64,000 nucleotides of DNA, taken from positions 416,001-480,000 of the forward strand of contig CAVWFS010000007.1 in NCBI GenBank assembly GCA_963754315.1, in the 5' to 3' direction. This DNA comes from an uncultured Candidatus Rokubacteria bacterium (GTDB taxonomy: Bacteria > Methylomirabilota > Methylomirabilia > Rokubacteriales > CSP1-6). Numbering within the stretch: the first letter of the stretch is position 1; each line of letters begins with the position of its first letter. Made by a program: the position numbers and the translations under genes. The notes beneath the pieces are model-generated. The model was not told the DNA's origin. It saw nothing but the letters and a program-made list of their open reading frames with translations, and ran no database searches. Shown here in pieces: positions 28,879-38,816 of the stretch.

Positions 28879-29591
28879 GGCTGCGCCTTCCCCTCTGCCG
28901 TCGGGGGGCCCTGCCGGCTCCCCGCCGCCACCACGGCCTCGACTGGTCGCGGGTTGGTCACGGGCGCACGCTCGCCACATCGCCGCGAAAGCCAGGCCAC
29001 GACGGTCGCCCGTATGGCAGGCCGGAACACGACGCTCAGCAGCGTGACGACGACCGCCACCACGACCGCAGCCAGGAACGCCATGCCCGACCCACCCCCG
29101 TCATGTATGGCACCACCGATCGCGTAGCCCACCCCGATCCACGCACCGGCCCAGATGGCGGCGCTCGTGACCGCTCCGACGACGAAGCGCGTGAGCTTCA
29201 TCCGAGCCGCCCCGGCGAAGGCCGCCGCGACCGGATTCAGCTCGGGCAGGAACCGTGCGCCCACCTGGAACGCCCGGTCGTACGCGAGGAACAGGCGCTG
29301 AGCATGGTCCACGAAGGCCCCGGTCCCGCCCTGAAAACGTCTGAGTGCGGCGAGCGCCCATGCGCCACGCCACCGGCCCAGGCCATACCACGCCAGATCG
29401 GCGCCCAGCGCCGCACCGATGGCAACCGTCGCCACGCCGGCGACGTCCAGGTCACCGCTCGCGGCGAGGGCCCCCACGCCGAGCAACGCAGGCGCCGCGA
29501 AGACGGGCACGCCGGCCTGATTCGCGAGCACGAGCACGAATACGATCTGTTCGGCGTGGTCCACGACTTCGGCTAGCATCTCTCTCTCCAA
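28869..29591 (-). CDS. DedA/VTT-family membrane protein
   Basis: NQAGVPV.A.P.LL..GALA, ADLAWY.LGRWRG, ARFLPEL. Confidence 0.85.
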   Translation of the reverse strand: MEREMLAEVVDHAEQIVFVLVLANQAGVPVFAAPALLGVGALAASGDLDVAGVATVAIGAALGADLAWYGLGRWRGAWALAALRRFQGGTGAFVDHAQRLFLAYDRAFQVGARFLPELNPVAAAFAGAARMKLTRFVVGAVTSAAIWAGAWIGVGYAIGGAIHDGGGSGMAFLAAVVVAVVVTLLSVVFRPAIRATVVAWLSRRCGERAPVTNPRPVEAVVAAGSRQGPPTAEGKAQPWT

Positions 29592-29654
29592 TCCGGATCC
29601 ACCCTAGACTGCTGAGACAGCGGCTGGGGCGAGCCCCACGCGCGTCCGACGGCG

Positions 29655-29770
29655 AGGCCCCCGCCCAGTTCCTTGGTCTCTACGAAGGGGCCGTCGGTGG
29701 TGAATACCTGGCCGTTCCGGCCCCTCACCGCGGTCGCCATCCGGGCCACGCGGGCCTCGCGGGTTCCCCC
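29655..29770 (-). pseudogene. YciI/DGPF-family internal fragment
   Basis: ATAVRGRNGQVFTTDGPFVETKELGG. Confidence 0.65.
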
Positions 29771-30065
29771 GAAGTAGTCGATCACGGCGTCGATCTGGCG
29801 TGGTCGATCCGGCCTGATCATCCCCGCGGCCTCGGTGGTCCCACTCTGCCCACGAACGAGCTTTCGCCATCTGGCCTGCTTCCACGTGTGGCGCATGGTT
29901 CCCTCCTTCCCTCGGGCTGCCTGTGGCACTGCCCGTCTCCTCTCACCTCTACCGTGAGACCCGTGAGCTACTCGTAGCAGCCGGCGTGAAAAAAACTTGC
30001 TCCTGCGGGTCAGTGGCGGGGTCTAAGGGGGCGTGGTATCGTGACTCCGGCAGGGCGCTCACGCG

Positions 30066-33000
30066 ATGGGGCGGCTGATTTTGACACTCCTGGGCGGCTT
30101 TAGAGCGCGCCTCGACTCGGGCATCCCGCTCGCCCTCCCCACTCGGAAAGCGCAGGCCCTTCTGGCCTATCTCGCGGTACCCGCCGGGTCGGCCCACCCC
30201 AGAGACAAGCTGGCGAGCCTGCTCTGGGGTAACACGATCGAGACCACCGCGCGGACAAGCCTCAGGCAGACGCTCTATGCGCTCCGCAAGAGCCTGCATC
30301 ACGCCGATCCTCAGCCCCTAGTGGTGGACGGCGAGACGGCCGCTCTGGATTCGAGCGCGGTGACAGTGGACGTGCACGAGCTCGAGCTCCGGGCGGCCCA
30401 GACGACTCTGTCGGCGCTCGCCGAGGCGGCCACTCTCTACGAGGGGGATTTCCTCGACGGCCTCGCGGTGCAGGAGCAGCCGTTCGAGGACTGGCTGCTT
30501 GCCCACCGAGAACGACTTCGCGAGGTAGCTGTCAACGCGTTGTCCCGGCTGCTCGCTCACCAGCGCGCCGCCAGCTCACACGATTCCGCGGTTCAGACCG
30601 CGTTGCGACTGCTGCGGCTCGATCCACTCCAGGAGCCGGTCCACCGGGCCCTGATGCAGCTGTACGCTGAGACCGGGAGGCGGGGCTCGGCGCTGCGCCA
30701 GTATCAGTTCTGCGTGGCCACGCTCCAGCGCGAGCTTCGAACCGAGCCCGAGGCCGAGACGAAGGCGCTCTATCAGGAGATCCTGCGTCGCCGCGCCCAG
30801 GTGATGGTCGAGCAACCGAGTGAGCCGGCCCGGCCTACGACCGCTCGACCCGGGCCGGAGATCGCCGAGCCGCCGCCGGCCTGGGAACCGCCGCTAGTGG
30901 GTCGCGAGCGGGATCTGTCGCGTCTGACGGAGGCACTGAACGAAGCCTTCGCAGGACACGGGCGCCTGGCCGTTCTCATCGGGGAGGCGGGCGCGGGAAA
31001 GAGTCGCCTGGTGACCGAGCTGAGCGCCGCCGCCACCCGACGGCTGGCACGTGTCCTCATCGGGCGATGCTATGAGACGGAGCGGATCCTGCCCTTCGCG
31101 CCCTGGGTCAACGCCCTTCGGGCCGGCCGCGTGTTCGAGGACCGGGAGATCCTCGACACGCTCGAGCCCGGCTGGCGCGACGAGCTGCAACGGCTCCTGC
31201 CGGAGCTGTCGAGTCAGGCAGAGCCGCCCGCATCTCTTCCCGGGGGTGAGCTCGCGGCGCGCAGCGGGGGAGATCCTCGCTACCCGTTCGAGGCGATCAG
31301 CGAGCTGCTCAAACGCTTGACCCGCCGGCAGCCATTGCTCGTGGTCTTGGAGGACGTCCACTGGGCTGACGAGATGAGCGTCCGTCTCCTGGCCTTCCTC
31401 GGGCGCCGGTTGAACGAGCTCCCACTCCTGCTGGTGGCCACGGTCCGCGAGGAGGAGATGGCCGACGTCGGTCTCCTTCGACAGTCCCTCGACGAGCTTG
31501 ACGAGACCGGCGAGGTGATTCGGCTCCCGGTGCCTCCGCTCTCGCGCGCCGATACCACCGCACTCGTACAGGCCCTCGCTCCCCCCGGGCTCCCTGGCCA
31601 GCTGGTGTCGCACCTCGCCCTGGATGCGTGGCGCGTCAGCGACGGCAATGCGTTCGTGGTGGTGGAGGTGATGCATGCGCTGCGTGAGGGCCAGATACTT
31701 TCGAGAGAACCCCGCCTCCCTCTGCCGGCGCGGGTGCGCAAGCTCGTCCAGCAGCGCCTGGAGCGCCTCTCCGAGAGGGGCCGTCGCCTCGTCGCGGTGG
31801 CCGCCGTGATCGGCCGCCAGTTCGACTTCGCGCTTGTGCAACGGGCGGCGCAGATGTCCGAGCGCGAGGCGGCCGAGGGCGTCGAGGAGCTCGTCCGCCA
31901 CCGGATACTCCGCGGCGCGGGGGACGGACTGGAGTTCAGCCACGACCACATCCGGGAGGTTGCGACCAGTGAGCTTCCCCCACCGCTCTCGGTGGCGCTG
32001 CACCGGCGCGTCGCGGAGAGCCTCGAGGACTACCTGAAGCGCGACGCCCTCGGCACATACGGGAACGACCTGGCGCCACACGCCCTCGCCCTCGGCACGC
32101 ACTACCGTAATGGAAAGTCGTGGGGGAAGGCGGCGGAGTTTCTCCACATGGCTGGTCGCCAGGCCGCGGCGCGGTCCGCCCACCAGGAGGCCGTCGCTTG
32201 CTTCGAGGAGGCCCTCGGTGCCCTTCGGCGTCTTGCGCCTGGCCGCGAGGTCGACGAGCGAGACCTCGACGTCAGGATCGAGCTACGGCAGAGCCTGTAC
32301 CCGCTGGGGCGCTTCGCTGATCTGATCCACCACCTGCGCAAGGCCGAGCGGATCGCCGAGAAGCTCGACGATCGAGCGCGGCTCGCGCGGGTGGCCGCCT
32401 ACGTCAGCAATCACGCCTGGATCACCGGCGATCTGCCGAGCGCGCTGGCCTCGGGCGAGCGTGCCCTCACCCTGGCTCAGGCCGTGTCGAACGACGGGCT
32501 CACGGTGGAGGCGAACTTCCGACTCGGCCAGGTCCACTGGAGTCTGGGCCGGCACCGGGAGGCGGTGGCCTTCTTCGAGCGGTGTGCGACGGCGGTGGAG
32601 CCAGCTGGCGTGGGCGCGCGCTACGGTCCATCGGGATGGCCAACCGAGTTCGGCCTGGCCGAGCTCAGCCTCTACTACATCGCCGCGCCGCTGACCGAGC
32701 TGGGTCGCTTCGACGAGGCCCTCGCCGCCGCGAAGCATGCGCTGGACTTCGCCACGCGCACCGATCGCCCGTTCGCGCTGGCCGGTTCCTTCGCGGCCAT
32801 CGGCCACGCGCACCTCCGTCGGGGCCGTCTCGGCGAGGCCGCGGCCGCCCTCACCCGCGGTCTCGCGGTGTGTCGCCGGTGGGAGTTCTCGGTCCACCGT
32901 CCGTGGCTCACCGCGAGCCTTGGCTACGTTTACGCTGTGGCCGGGCGTGTCGCCAAGGGCTTGTCGATGCTGCAAAACGCGGTCGCCGAGGCCGAACGAT

Positions 33001-33440
33001 TGGGGAACGCCACCGGGCAGACGTGGCGCCTCGTCTGGCTGGGTGAGGCGCTGCTCCTCGCTGGGCGGCCGGACGAAGCGGCGACGCGGGCGGACCAGGC
33101 CCTGGAGCAGTCGCGCCAGCGTGGCGAGCGCGGCTACGAGGCGTGGGCCCTGCACCTACAGGCCGAGGTCGCCGCCTCGCGGAAGGCCGCCCGACGCGCC
33201 GAAGCCCGCGAGCGCTTCCGCGAGGCGCTCGCCTTGGCCGGAGCGCTCGAGATGCGGCCACTCGAAGCGCGCTGTCACCTCGGCCTGGCGGCCCTTCATC
33301 AGGCCGACGGCCGTATCGACGAGGCGTCGGCCGCGCGCGGGCAGGCGATCGCGATGTTGCGGAGCATGGGCATGAACTTCTGGCTCAGCCAGGCCCAGGG
33401 CCTACGCCTCGGCGGTGAGCCGCCGATCCATCAGGAATAG
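30066..33440 (+). CDS. SARP/BTAD-AAA ATPase-TPR transcriptional regulator
   Basis: LLGGF...RKAQALLAYLA, RDKLASLLW, BTAD (DPLQEPVHRALMQLY), GEAGAGKS, EDVHWAD, TPR-like tail. Confidence 0.93.
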   Translation: MGRLILTLLGGFRARLDSGIPLALPTRKAQALLAYLAVPAGSAHPRDKLASLLWGNTIETTARTSLRQTLYALRKSLHHADPQPLVVDGETAALDSSAVTVDVHELELRAAQTTLSALAEAATLYEGDFLDGLAVQEQPFEDWLLAHRERLREVAVNALSRLLAHQRAASSHDSAVQTALRLLRLDPLQEPVHRALMQLYAETGRRGSALRQYQFCVATLQRELRTEPEAETKALYQEILRRRAQVMVEQPSEPARPTTARPGPEIAEPPPAWEPPLVGRERDLSRLTEALNEAFAGHGRLAVLIGEAGAGKSRLVTELSAAATRRLARVLIGRCYETERILPFAPWVNALRAGRVFEDREILDTLEPGWRDELQRLLPELSSQAEPPASLPGGELAARSGGDPRYPFEAISELLKRLTRRQPLLVVLEDVHWADEMSVRLLAFLGRRLNELPLLLVATVREEEMADVGLLRQSLDELDETGEVIRLPVPPLSRADTTALVQALAPPGLPGQLVSHLALDAWRVSDGNAFVVVEVMHALREGQILSREPRLPLPARVRKLVQQRLERLSERGRRLVAVAAVIGRQFDFALVQRAAQMSEREAAEGVEELVRHRILRGAGDGLEFSHDHIREVATSELPPPLSVALHRRVAESLEDYLKRDALGTYGNDLAPHALALGTHYRNGKSWGKAAEFLHMAGRQAAARSAHQEAVACFEEALGALRRLAPGREVDERDLDVRIELRQSLYPLGRFADLIHHLRKAERIAEKLDDRARLARVAAYVSNHAWITGDLPSALASGERALTLAQAVSNDGLTVEANFRLGQVHWSLGRHREAVAFFERCATAVEPAGVGARYGPSGWPTEFGLAELSLYYIAAPLTELGRFDEALAAAKHALDFATRTDRPFALAGSFAAIGHAHLRRGRLGEAAAALTRGLAVCRRWEFSVHRPWLTASLGYVYAVAGRVAKGLSMLQNAVAEAERLGNATGQTWRLVWLGEALLLAGRPDEAATRADQALEQSRQRGERGYEAWALHLQAEVAASRKAARRAEARERFREALALAGALEMRPLEARCHLGLAALHQADGRIDEASAARGQAIAMLRSMGMNFWLSQAQGLRLGGEPPIHQE

Positions 33441-33568
33441 ACGCCGGCGGGCCCCAGGTCAGGTACCTATGCTCGTCCTGCCCCAGCGCACACGCTCCTT
33501 AGACGGACATTTCTGCGCCAGAAAGTGAGCGTCTAACATCGGACCGACCTCCATTCCGCCTGCACATC

Positions 33569-33595
33569 TGTCGATTTGGCTAGCTCCGGGTCGAC
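33569..33595 (+). promoter_or_regulatory. ECF42-type promoter TGTCGA-N17-CGAC(TAT)
   Basis: TGTCGA tttggctagctccgggt CGACTAT, about 30 nt before the SRPBCC start. Confidence 0.7.
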
Positions 33596-33627
33596 TATGG
33601 ATGATGCACCAACAAGAGGAGAGATTC

Positions 33628-34071
33628 ATGCCGAACACCATCCGTCTTCACCGCGTTCTCCGCGCCGCGCCTGAGCGGGTCTATCGAGCGTTTCTCGATG
33701 CCGACGCCATGGCCAAGTGGCTTCCGCCGTACGGCTTCACGGGCCTGGTTCATCACCTCGACGCCAAGGTCGGCGGCACGCACAAGATGTCGTTTACCAA
33801 CTTCACCACCGGAAAGAGCCACTCTTTCGGCGGGCGGTATCTCGAGATGAAGCCGAACGAACTCATCCGTTACACGGACAAGTTCGACGACCCGAACCTG
33901 CCGGGGGAAATGCAGACGACCGTGACCCTGAAGAAAGTGTCATGCGGGACTGAATTGACGATCGTGCAGGAAGGAGTCCCCGACGTCATTCCCCCCGATG
34001 CATGCTACCTCGGCTGGCAGGAGTCGCTCGCGCAGCTCGCGGCCCTGGTCGATCCCGAGATCCCGGACTAG
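33628..34071 (+). CDS. SRPBCC/AHSA1-family protein
   Basis: IRLHRVLRAAPERVYRAFLDADAMAKWLPP...CYLGWQESL. Confidence 0.92.
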   Translation: MPNTIRLHRVLRAAPERVYRAFLDADAMAKWLPPYGFTGLVHHLDAKVGGTHKMSFTNFTTGKSHSFGGRYLEMKPNELIRYTDKFDDPNLPGEMQTTVTLKKVSCGTELTIVQEGVPDVIPPDACYLGWQESLAQLAALVDPEIPD

Positions 34072-34129
34072 CCAGTGCTGAGCGGATAGCGGATAGAATC
34101 GCAACCGAAGACGCAGGGAGGACAGGCAC

Positions 34130-34540
34130 ATGACGGTTCGCCTCGATCACACCATCGTGCCCGCCAAGGACAAGAGAGCCTCGGCCGCGTTTTTCGCCGA
34201 GATCTTCGGCCTGTCAGTGACGCCGGAGGACGGCTACTTCGCGCAAGTGCAGGTCAACGAGAGCCTGACCATGGACTTTGCCGACGAACCGGAAGCATGG
34301 GGAGGCCCCGGCTTCGACCCCCGGACAGGAAACAGCCATCATTACGCCTTCCACGTGAGCGATACTGAGTATGAGGGGATCTTCGGTCGGGTGAAGGCCA
34401 AGGGAATCCCTTTCGGCAGTGGGCCAGATCACCATTCAGACGGGAAGACCTACAGCCGCCGGGGCGGGCGGGGTTTCTACTTCGAGGATCCCTACGGCCA
34501 CCTGCTGGAGGTCATGACGGTGCCGGAGACGGGAAGTTAG
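34130..34540 (+). CDS. VOC-family protein
   Basis: LDHTIVPAKDK, HYAFHVS, GGRGFYFEDPYGHLLE. Confidence 0.9.
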   Translation: MTVRLDHTIVPAKDKRASAAFFAEIFGLSVTPEDGYFAQVQVNESLTMDFADEPEAWGGPGFDPRTGNSHHYAFHVSDTEYEGIFGRVKAKGIPFGSGPDHHSDGKTYSRRGGRGFYFEDPYGHLLEVMTVPETGS

Positions 34541-34806
34541 TTTCGAGGTGAGCGGTCAGCGGCGGGCACCCCTGCCGAACAGGCGAAACCGGGCTTGACG
34601 CCGCAGCCACGAGTGGCCCGTGTCAGCGACGGTAAAGTGGGCCAAGGGCCGCCCCCGCCATCTGTCCCGCAAGCGCGAAAGAGGGGTGAACTTGGTCCAT
34701 ATCGCGATTCCCTGCTTATATCGCGACGCGGGGTCGAGGCAGGCTCCCGTGGTCGGCTCGGGAGCGAAAGCCCGACGTCGTAGGTAGCAACGGACAAGGA
34801 GAGAAG

Positions 34807-35820
34807 ATGGCAAAGATGAAAGTGGCGCAGGTCCCGACGGCAGGAGCGGACTTCGCGATTGTCGAGCGGGAGATTCCCCAGCCCGGACCGGGCGAAGTGA
34901 GGATCCGCGTGCAGGCGTGCGGGGTCTGTCACAGCGACGTCTTCACCAAAGATGGCGCCTGGCCTGGCATCGTCTTCCCCCGAGTGCCAGGACACGAAGT
35001 GGCCGGCGTGATCGACGACGTGGGCGCCGGCGTGACGCACTGGAAGAAGGGTCAGCACGTCGGCGTGGGCTGGCACGGCGGACAGGATGGAACGTGCCTG
35101 GCGTGCCGCCGCGGCGATTTCGTGAACTGCACGAACCTCAGGGTTTCAGGCATCAGCTTCGACGGCGGCTATGGCGAATACATGGTCGCTCCCGTGGAAG
35201 CCGTGGCGGCCATCCCCGAATCGCTCAAGGCCGCGGAAGCCGCGCCGCTCCTGTGTGCAGGCATCACGACATTCAATGCCCTGCGACACAGCGGCGCGCT
35301 GCCGGGTGACCTGGTGGCCATTCAGGGAATCGGTGGACTCGGCCATCTGGGAATTCAGTTCGCGCAGAAATTCGGCTACAGGGTCGCCGCGATCGGGCGC
35401 GGGCCCGAAAACGCCGTTCTTGCCAAGCAGCTGGGGGCGAGCATCTACATCGACAGCACCGCAACGAATGCCGCCGCGGAATTGCAAAAGCTTGGTGGCG
35501 CGCGCGTCATCCTGGCGACTGCACCGAGCGCAAAGGCGATGTCGTCGCTGGTCGACGGACTCGGAATGAACGGCACAATGATGGTGGTGGGCGCCGCTCC
35601 AGATCCCATCGAGGTAACGCCTCTTCAGTTGATCTCCGGGAAGAAGACTGTTCAGGGCTGGTGGTCAGGAATCCCCACCGATGCCGAGGACGCGCTGCGC
35701 TTCGCCGAGTTAACCGGCGTACGCGCCATGATCGAAACGTATCCCCTCCCGCGAGTGAATGAGGCTTACGCGCTCATGCTGAGCGGGAAGGCCCAATTTC
35801 GCGTGGTGCTCACGATGTAG
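34807..35820 (+). CDS. Zinc-dependent alcohol dehydrogenase
   Basis: CGVCHSD, PGHEVAG, C..CRRGDFVNC, GIGGLGH. Confidence 0.95.
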   Translation: MAKMKVAQVPTAGADFAIVEREIPQPGPGEVRIRVQACGVCHSDVFTKDGAWPGIVFPRVPGHEVAGVIDDVGAGVTHWKKGQHVGVGWHGGQDGTCLACRRGDFVNCTNLRVSGISFDGGYGEYMVAPVEAVAAIPESLKAAEAAPLLCAGITTFNALRHSGALPGDLVAIQGIGGLGHLGIQFAQKFGYRVAAIGRGPENAVLAKQLGASIYIDSTATNAAAELQKLGGARVILATAPSAKAMSSLVDGLGMNGTMMVVGAAPDPIEVTPLQLISGKKTVQGWWSGIPTDAEDALRFAELTGVRAMIETYPLPRVNEAYALMLSGKAQFRVVLTM

Positions 35821-35974
35821 ATCTGGATGACGGAAGCCGGCTAGCAGGCAGATCTTCGCTAGTCAATCTTTGGGTGGAGATCCAGGGATCATGCGAGTCG
35901 TACACGACAAGTCCGCGCTTGCCGCATTTCACCGACGCAATCTGAGTTTGGCTGGTACGAAAGGAGGGCGTGCG

Positions 35975-36289
35975 ATGACCATGGTCGCTCGAGTGTGGCG
36001 CGGCCGGACGGCGGCCGCGCGGACCGACGAATACACGCGCTACCTGGAGGCCGGTCTGTCGCCGTTCCGGACGATCCCCGGTAGCCGCGGCTGCCAGATG
36101 ATGCGGCGGACGCTCGGCGACGTCACCGAGTTCGTCGTCATCTCCTACTGGGAATCGCGCGATGCGATTCAGGCGTTCGCGGGCGCGGACATCGAGAAGC
36201 CGCATCACCTGCCGCGCGACGGCGAGCTCCTGCTGGAGCTACCCCAGGCGGTGCAGCACTTCGACATCCTGGTCGACGAGCGTCGATGA
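35975..36289 (+). CDS. Antibiotic biosynthesis monooxygenase-like protein
   Basis: MVARVWRGRT, EFVVISYWESRDAIQAFAG.DI; GGAGG RBS. Confidence 0.85.
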   Translation: MTMVARVWRGRTAAARTDEYTRYLEAGLSPFRTIPGSRGCQMMRRTLGDVTEFVVISYWESRDAIQAFAGADIEKPHHLPRDGELLLELPQAVQHFDILVDERR

Positions 36290-36414
36290 AGGCGCGCGAG
36301 GCAGCCGATGCACGTCTACGGGTGCGCGTCCGATCCGCGGAACCTCCCGCTCGGGGCGGACGCCTGCGGTCCCCCCTGATTGCCAGCGCTTGGCGCGGCA
36401 ATTATGAAGATCGA

Positions 36415-36706
36415 GCACCAGCCGCGCAGCACGTAGATGCGTGTCAGCTCGACCGACACCCGCGAGCGCCGTACGTACTGCGCGAAGCAGACGACGCCGT
36501 CCGCCGACTCCGCGACGAAGAAGCTGGATCCGCGCGCCGCGAGCGCCCAGCCGAGACTCTCCGGCGAATACCACTCGTCGAGCAGTCGTCGCAGGATCGC
36601 GTCGGGAACAATGCCAGCATACGGCGACGGGCCACGTCGTCCTGGCGACCATCGCGATGTACGGCAGATCAACCGTCTCCGCGCGGCGAATCGCATGCGC
36701 CTTCAC
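36415..36706 (-). pseudogene. GNAT paralog of 591-1103, frameshifted and 3'-truncated
   Basis: IRRAE.VDL...VARTTWPVA|YAGIVPD...WYSPESL..ALAARGS.F...FAQY.RRS..SVELTRIYVL, then breaks. Confidence 0.8.
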
Positions 36707-37377
36707 CAGATCCCCGGCGGTGGACGGTGCCGCACGCGCCGCTGGTATTCGGTGTACCCTCGCAGATCCCGCGCGAGGATGCGCTCTTCGTTTACGGGCC
36801 GCGACAGCAGGAACGGCGCCATCGCCCCGAGCGCCACGAAGCCCCAGTACGGCCCGAGCGCCAGCGGCGTGCCGAACATGTAGAGCGGCCCGCTCGCGTA
36901 CATCGGATGGCGCACGATGGCGTACGGCCCTGTCGTGATAACCGTCTGACCCGCGGCGATTTCGATCGTCGCCGCGGTGTACGTGTTTTCGCGATAGACG
37001 AGAAAGATGAAGTAGACGCCGATCGCCACGAGAAGCTTACCGAGGACGACGAGCGCGACCGGCACCGTCGACCATGCGAAGCGATGGTCGAGCGCCGGGA
37101 CGACCAGGATGGCGATGAAGCCTAGCGACGTGAAAGTCATCATCACCCGCTGCGTCACCTGCTGTTCGAACATCGGGCCACCGCGCATCCGACGCTCGAG
37201 CAGCGCCGGGTCGTGCTTCAGGAGATATGCCGTGGTCAACGCAGAGGCGGCGGCGAAGATCGCGACGTAGACCCACACCTGCCAGTACCGCGTCGTCCCG
37301 GCCCCGGCTAAGAGCAAGCCGGTCATGACGAGCGTGACGACGGCGAGCGCGAGCCAGGCCCGGGCATGGAGCGTCAT
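36703..37377 (-). CDS. Isoprenylcysteine carboxylmethyltransferase-family membrane protein
   Basis: DPALLERRMRGGP, VYRENTY, GQTVITTGPYAIVRHPMY, EERIL...L.GY.EY. Confidence 0.9.
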   Translation of the reverse strand: MTLHARAWLALAVVTLVMTGLLLAGAGTTRYWQVWVYVAIFAAASALTTAYLLKHDPALLERRMRGGPMFEQQVTQRVMMTFTSLGFIAILVVPALDHRFAWSTVPVALVVLGKLLVAIGVYFIFLVYRENTYTAATIEIAAGQTVITTGPYAIVRHPMYASGPLYMFGTPLALGPYWGFVALGAMAPFLLSRPVNEERILARDLRGYTEYQRRVRHRPPPGIW

Positions 37378-37520
37378 CACCGCTGGAGCGCGCGCAGCGC
37401 GGCGACGAAGCCGACCGTCCCGAGCGCGGTGCGCACCCACTGCCGCGTTTCCCATCGCGCGAGCAGCGCGCGCACCGCGGGATCCGACAGCCCTCCACGC
37501 ACGAACGCGTCGTTCGCGCA
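37374..37520 (-). pseudogene. C-terminal fragment of a DUF1772-like gene
   Basis: NDAF..G.LSDPAVRALLARWETRQWVRTALGTVGFVAALRAL*; overlaps the ICMT start. Confidence 0.5.
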
Positions 37521-37750
37521 AGGGCGCGGACAGCTGTCTCGTTCTCAGATCGAGAGGTATCTAAGCTCATGCTGTGTCTCTCTCAGCCGGAGCTGTCGAT
37601 GCCGTTCCGGCACCCAGTGCCGGTCAACTCGTTCCCCGGCTCATTCCCACTGACGACGTCTGCGTGGCGACCGCCGCGCTCTTGAGTCCGAGCCGTATCA
37701 CGACGGACCCTGGAATGCGGTCGGTAAGGAGCGAGACTATGATACCCGGC

Positions 37751-38263
37751 ATGGTCGAGGCCGGTTTTCTGATGCTCTTTCAGTGGACGCTGTTGGTGGC
37801 AGCGGTCCTGTGCGCTCTCGTTGCCGGCTTTCTGTTCGCCTTCGGGGCCGTCGTGATGCCCGGCCTCAGGAGCCTGGATGACAGCAGCTTCATCCGAGCG
37901 TTCCAGGTCATCGATCGGGTGATCCAGAACAATCAGCCGCTCTTTGTCTTCGTATGGCTCGGGTCGGTGTTGGCAATCGTCTTGGCAGGTCTTATCGGCG
38001 TGTGCGCGCTCACGGGAGTCGATCGCCTGCTCATGATCGTCGGTGCGCTCGTCTATTTGCTCGGCGTGCAACTGCCAACGGTCATGGTCAACATCCCCTT
38101 GAACAACCGGCTTCAGGGACTCGACGTTGTGAACCTTGCTGAGACGACGCTACGGCACGCCCGAGAGACGTTCGAGCCCCGTTGGAATCGATGGAATGTG
38201 ATCAGGACCGTATGCGCAAGTCTCGTAACTGTTCTCTTGCTGTTCCTTCTCCTCCGACTATGA
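37751..38263 (+). CDS. DUF1772/anthrone oxygenase-family membrane protein
   Basis: AGFLFAF..VVMPGL..LDD..FIRAFQ.ID, NIPLNN.L, FE.RWNRWN.IRT; start uncertain. Confidence 0.88.
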   Translation: MVEAGFLMLFQWTLLVAAVLCALVAGFLFAFGAVVMPGLRSLDDSSFIRAFQVIDRVIQNNQPLFVFVWLGSVLAIVLAGLIGVCALTGVDRLLMIVGALVYLLGVQLPTVMVNIPLNNRLQGLDVVNLAETTLRHARETFEPRWNRWNVIRTVCASLVTVLLLFLLLRL

Positions 38264-38409
38264 GCACACGAACGCCCCAAGGGATCGCGCCGGCCCAGGA
38301 GGCCACCTTCAACCAGTCGCACTGTGTGGCGCCCATCGCATGCCGTGGCGCATCGCCATCTCGATGGGGGTGGCGCTGGAGAGCGAGCCGCCGGCTTCCT
38401 TGACGCGGC

Positions 38410-38530
38410 GCACCTGTCGTCGGCGGCGCCCGTGAGATGGATGTAGACGTTGTCGGGAGCCAAGAGCCTGGACAGCATTGTCGCGTCTGCGACAAGCGCG
38501 TGCTCACCGCCCTGTACTCGCTCGCGCAAA
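38410..38530 (-). pseudogene. NTF2/DUF4440-like fragment
   Basis: ALVADATMLSRLLAPDNVYIHLTG..DD. Confidence 0.45.
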
Positions 38531-38816
38531 GGCAAAGCCACACCGGCAGCATCGAATCGGGAGCGCGCTTCAGAAGGACACGGTCCGCGCGACACGGAAT
38601 CAGGTCTGAACCACAAGGCCGAGGCGGCGCTTGACGATAATAGTCGAGGTCCACGCGATCGACCTCGCCCGCTCGACCTCGCCATCCCCACCGCCTCGCC
38701 TTTGCTCCCACCGACTCCTGTCTCCACCTTGTGGGGGTCGCCTAGGATGGCCGAGGCATGTTGGCCGACAGGTCAGCGCCACGCCGGCCGTGCGCTAGGA
38801 AACGACAATCGCAGCT

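Noticed and set aside
35859..35869. CTAGTCAATCT shared with 59507-59517
   Set aside because: A single 11-mer pair about 24 kb apart; could be chance, and no element is bounded by it.
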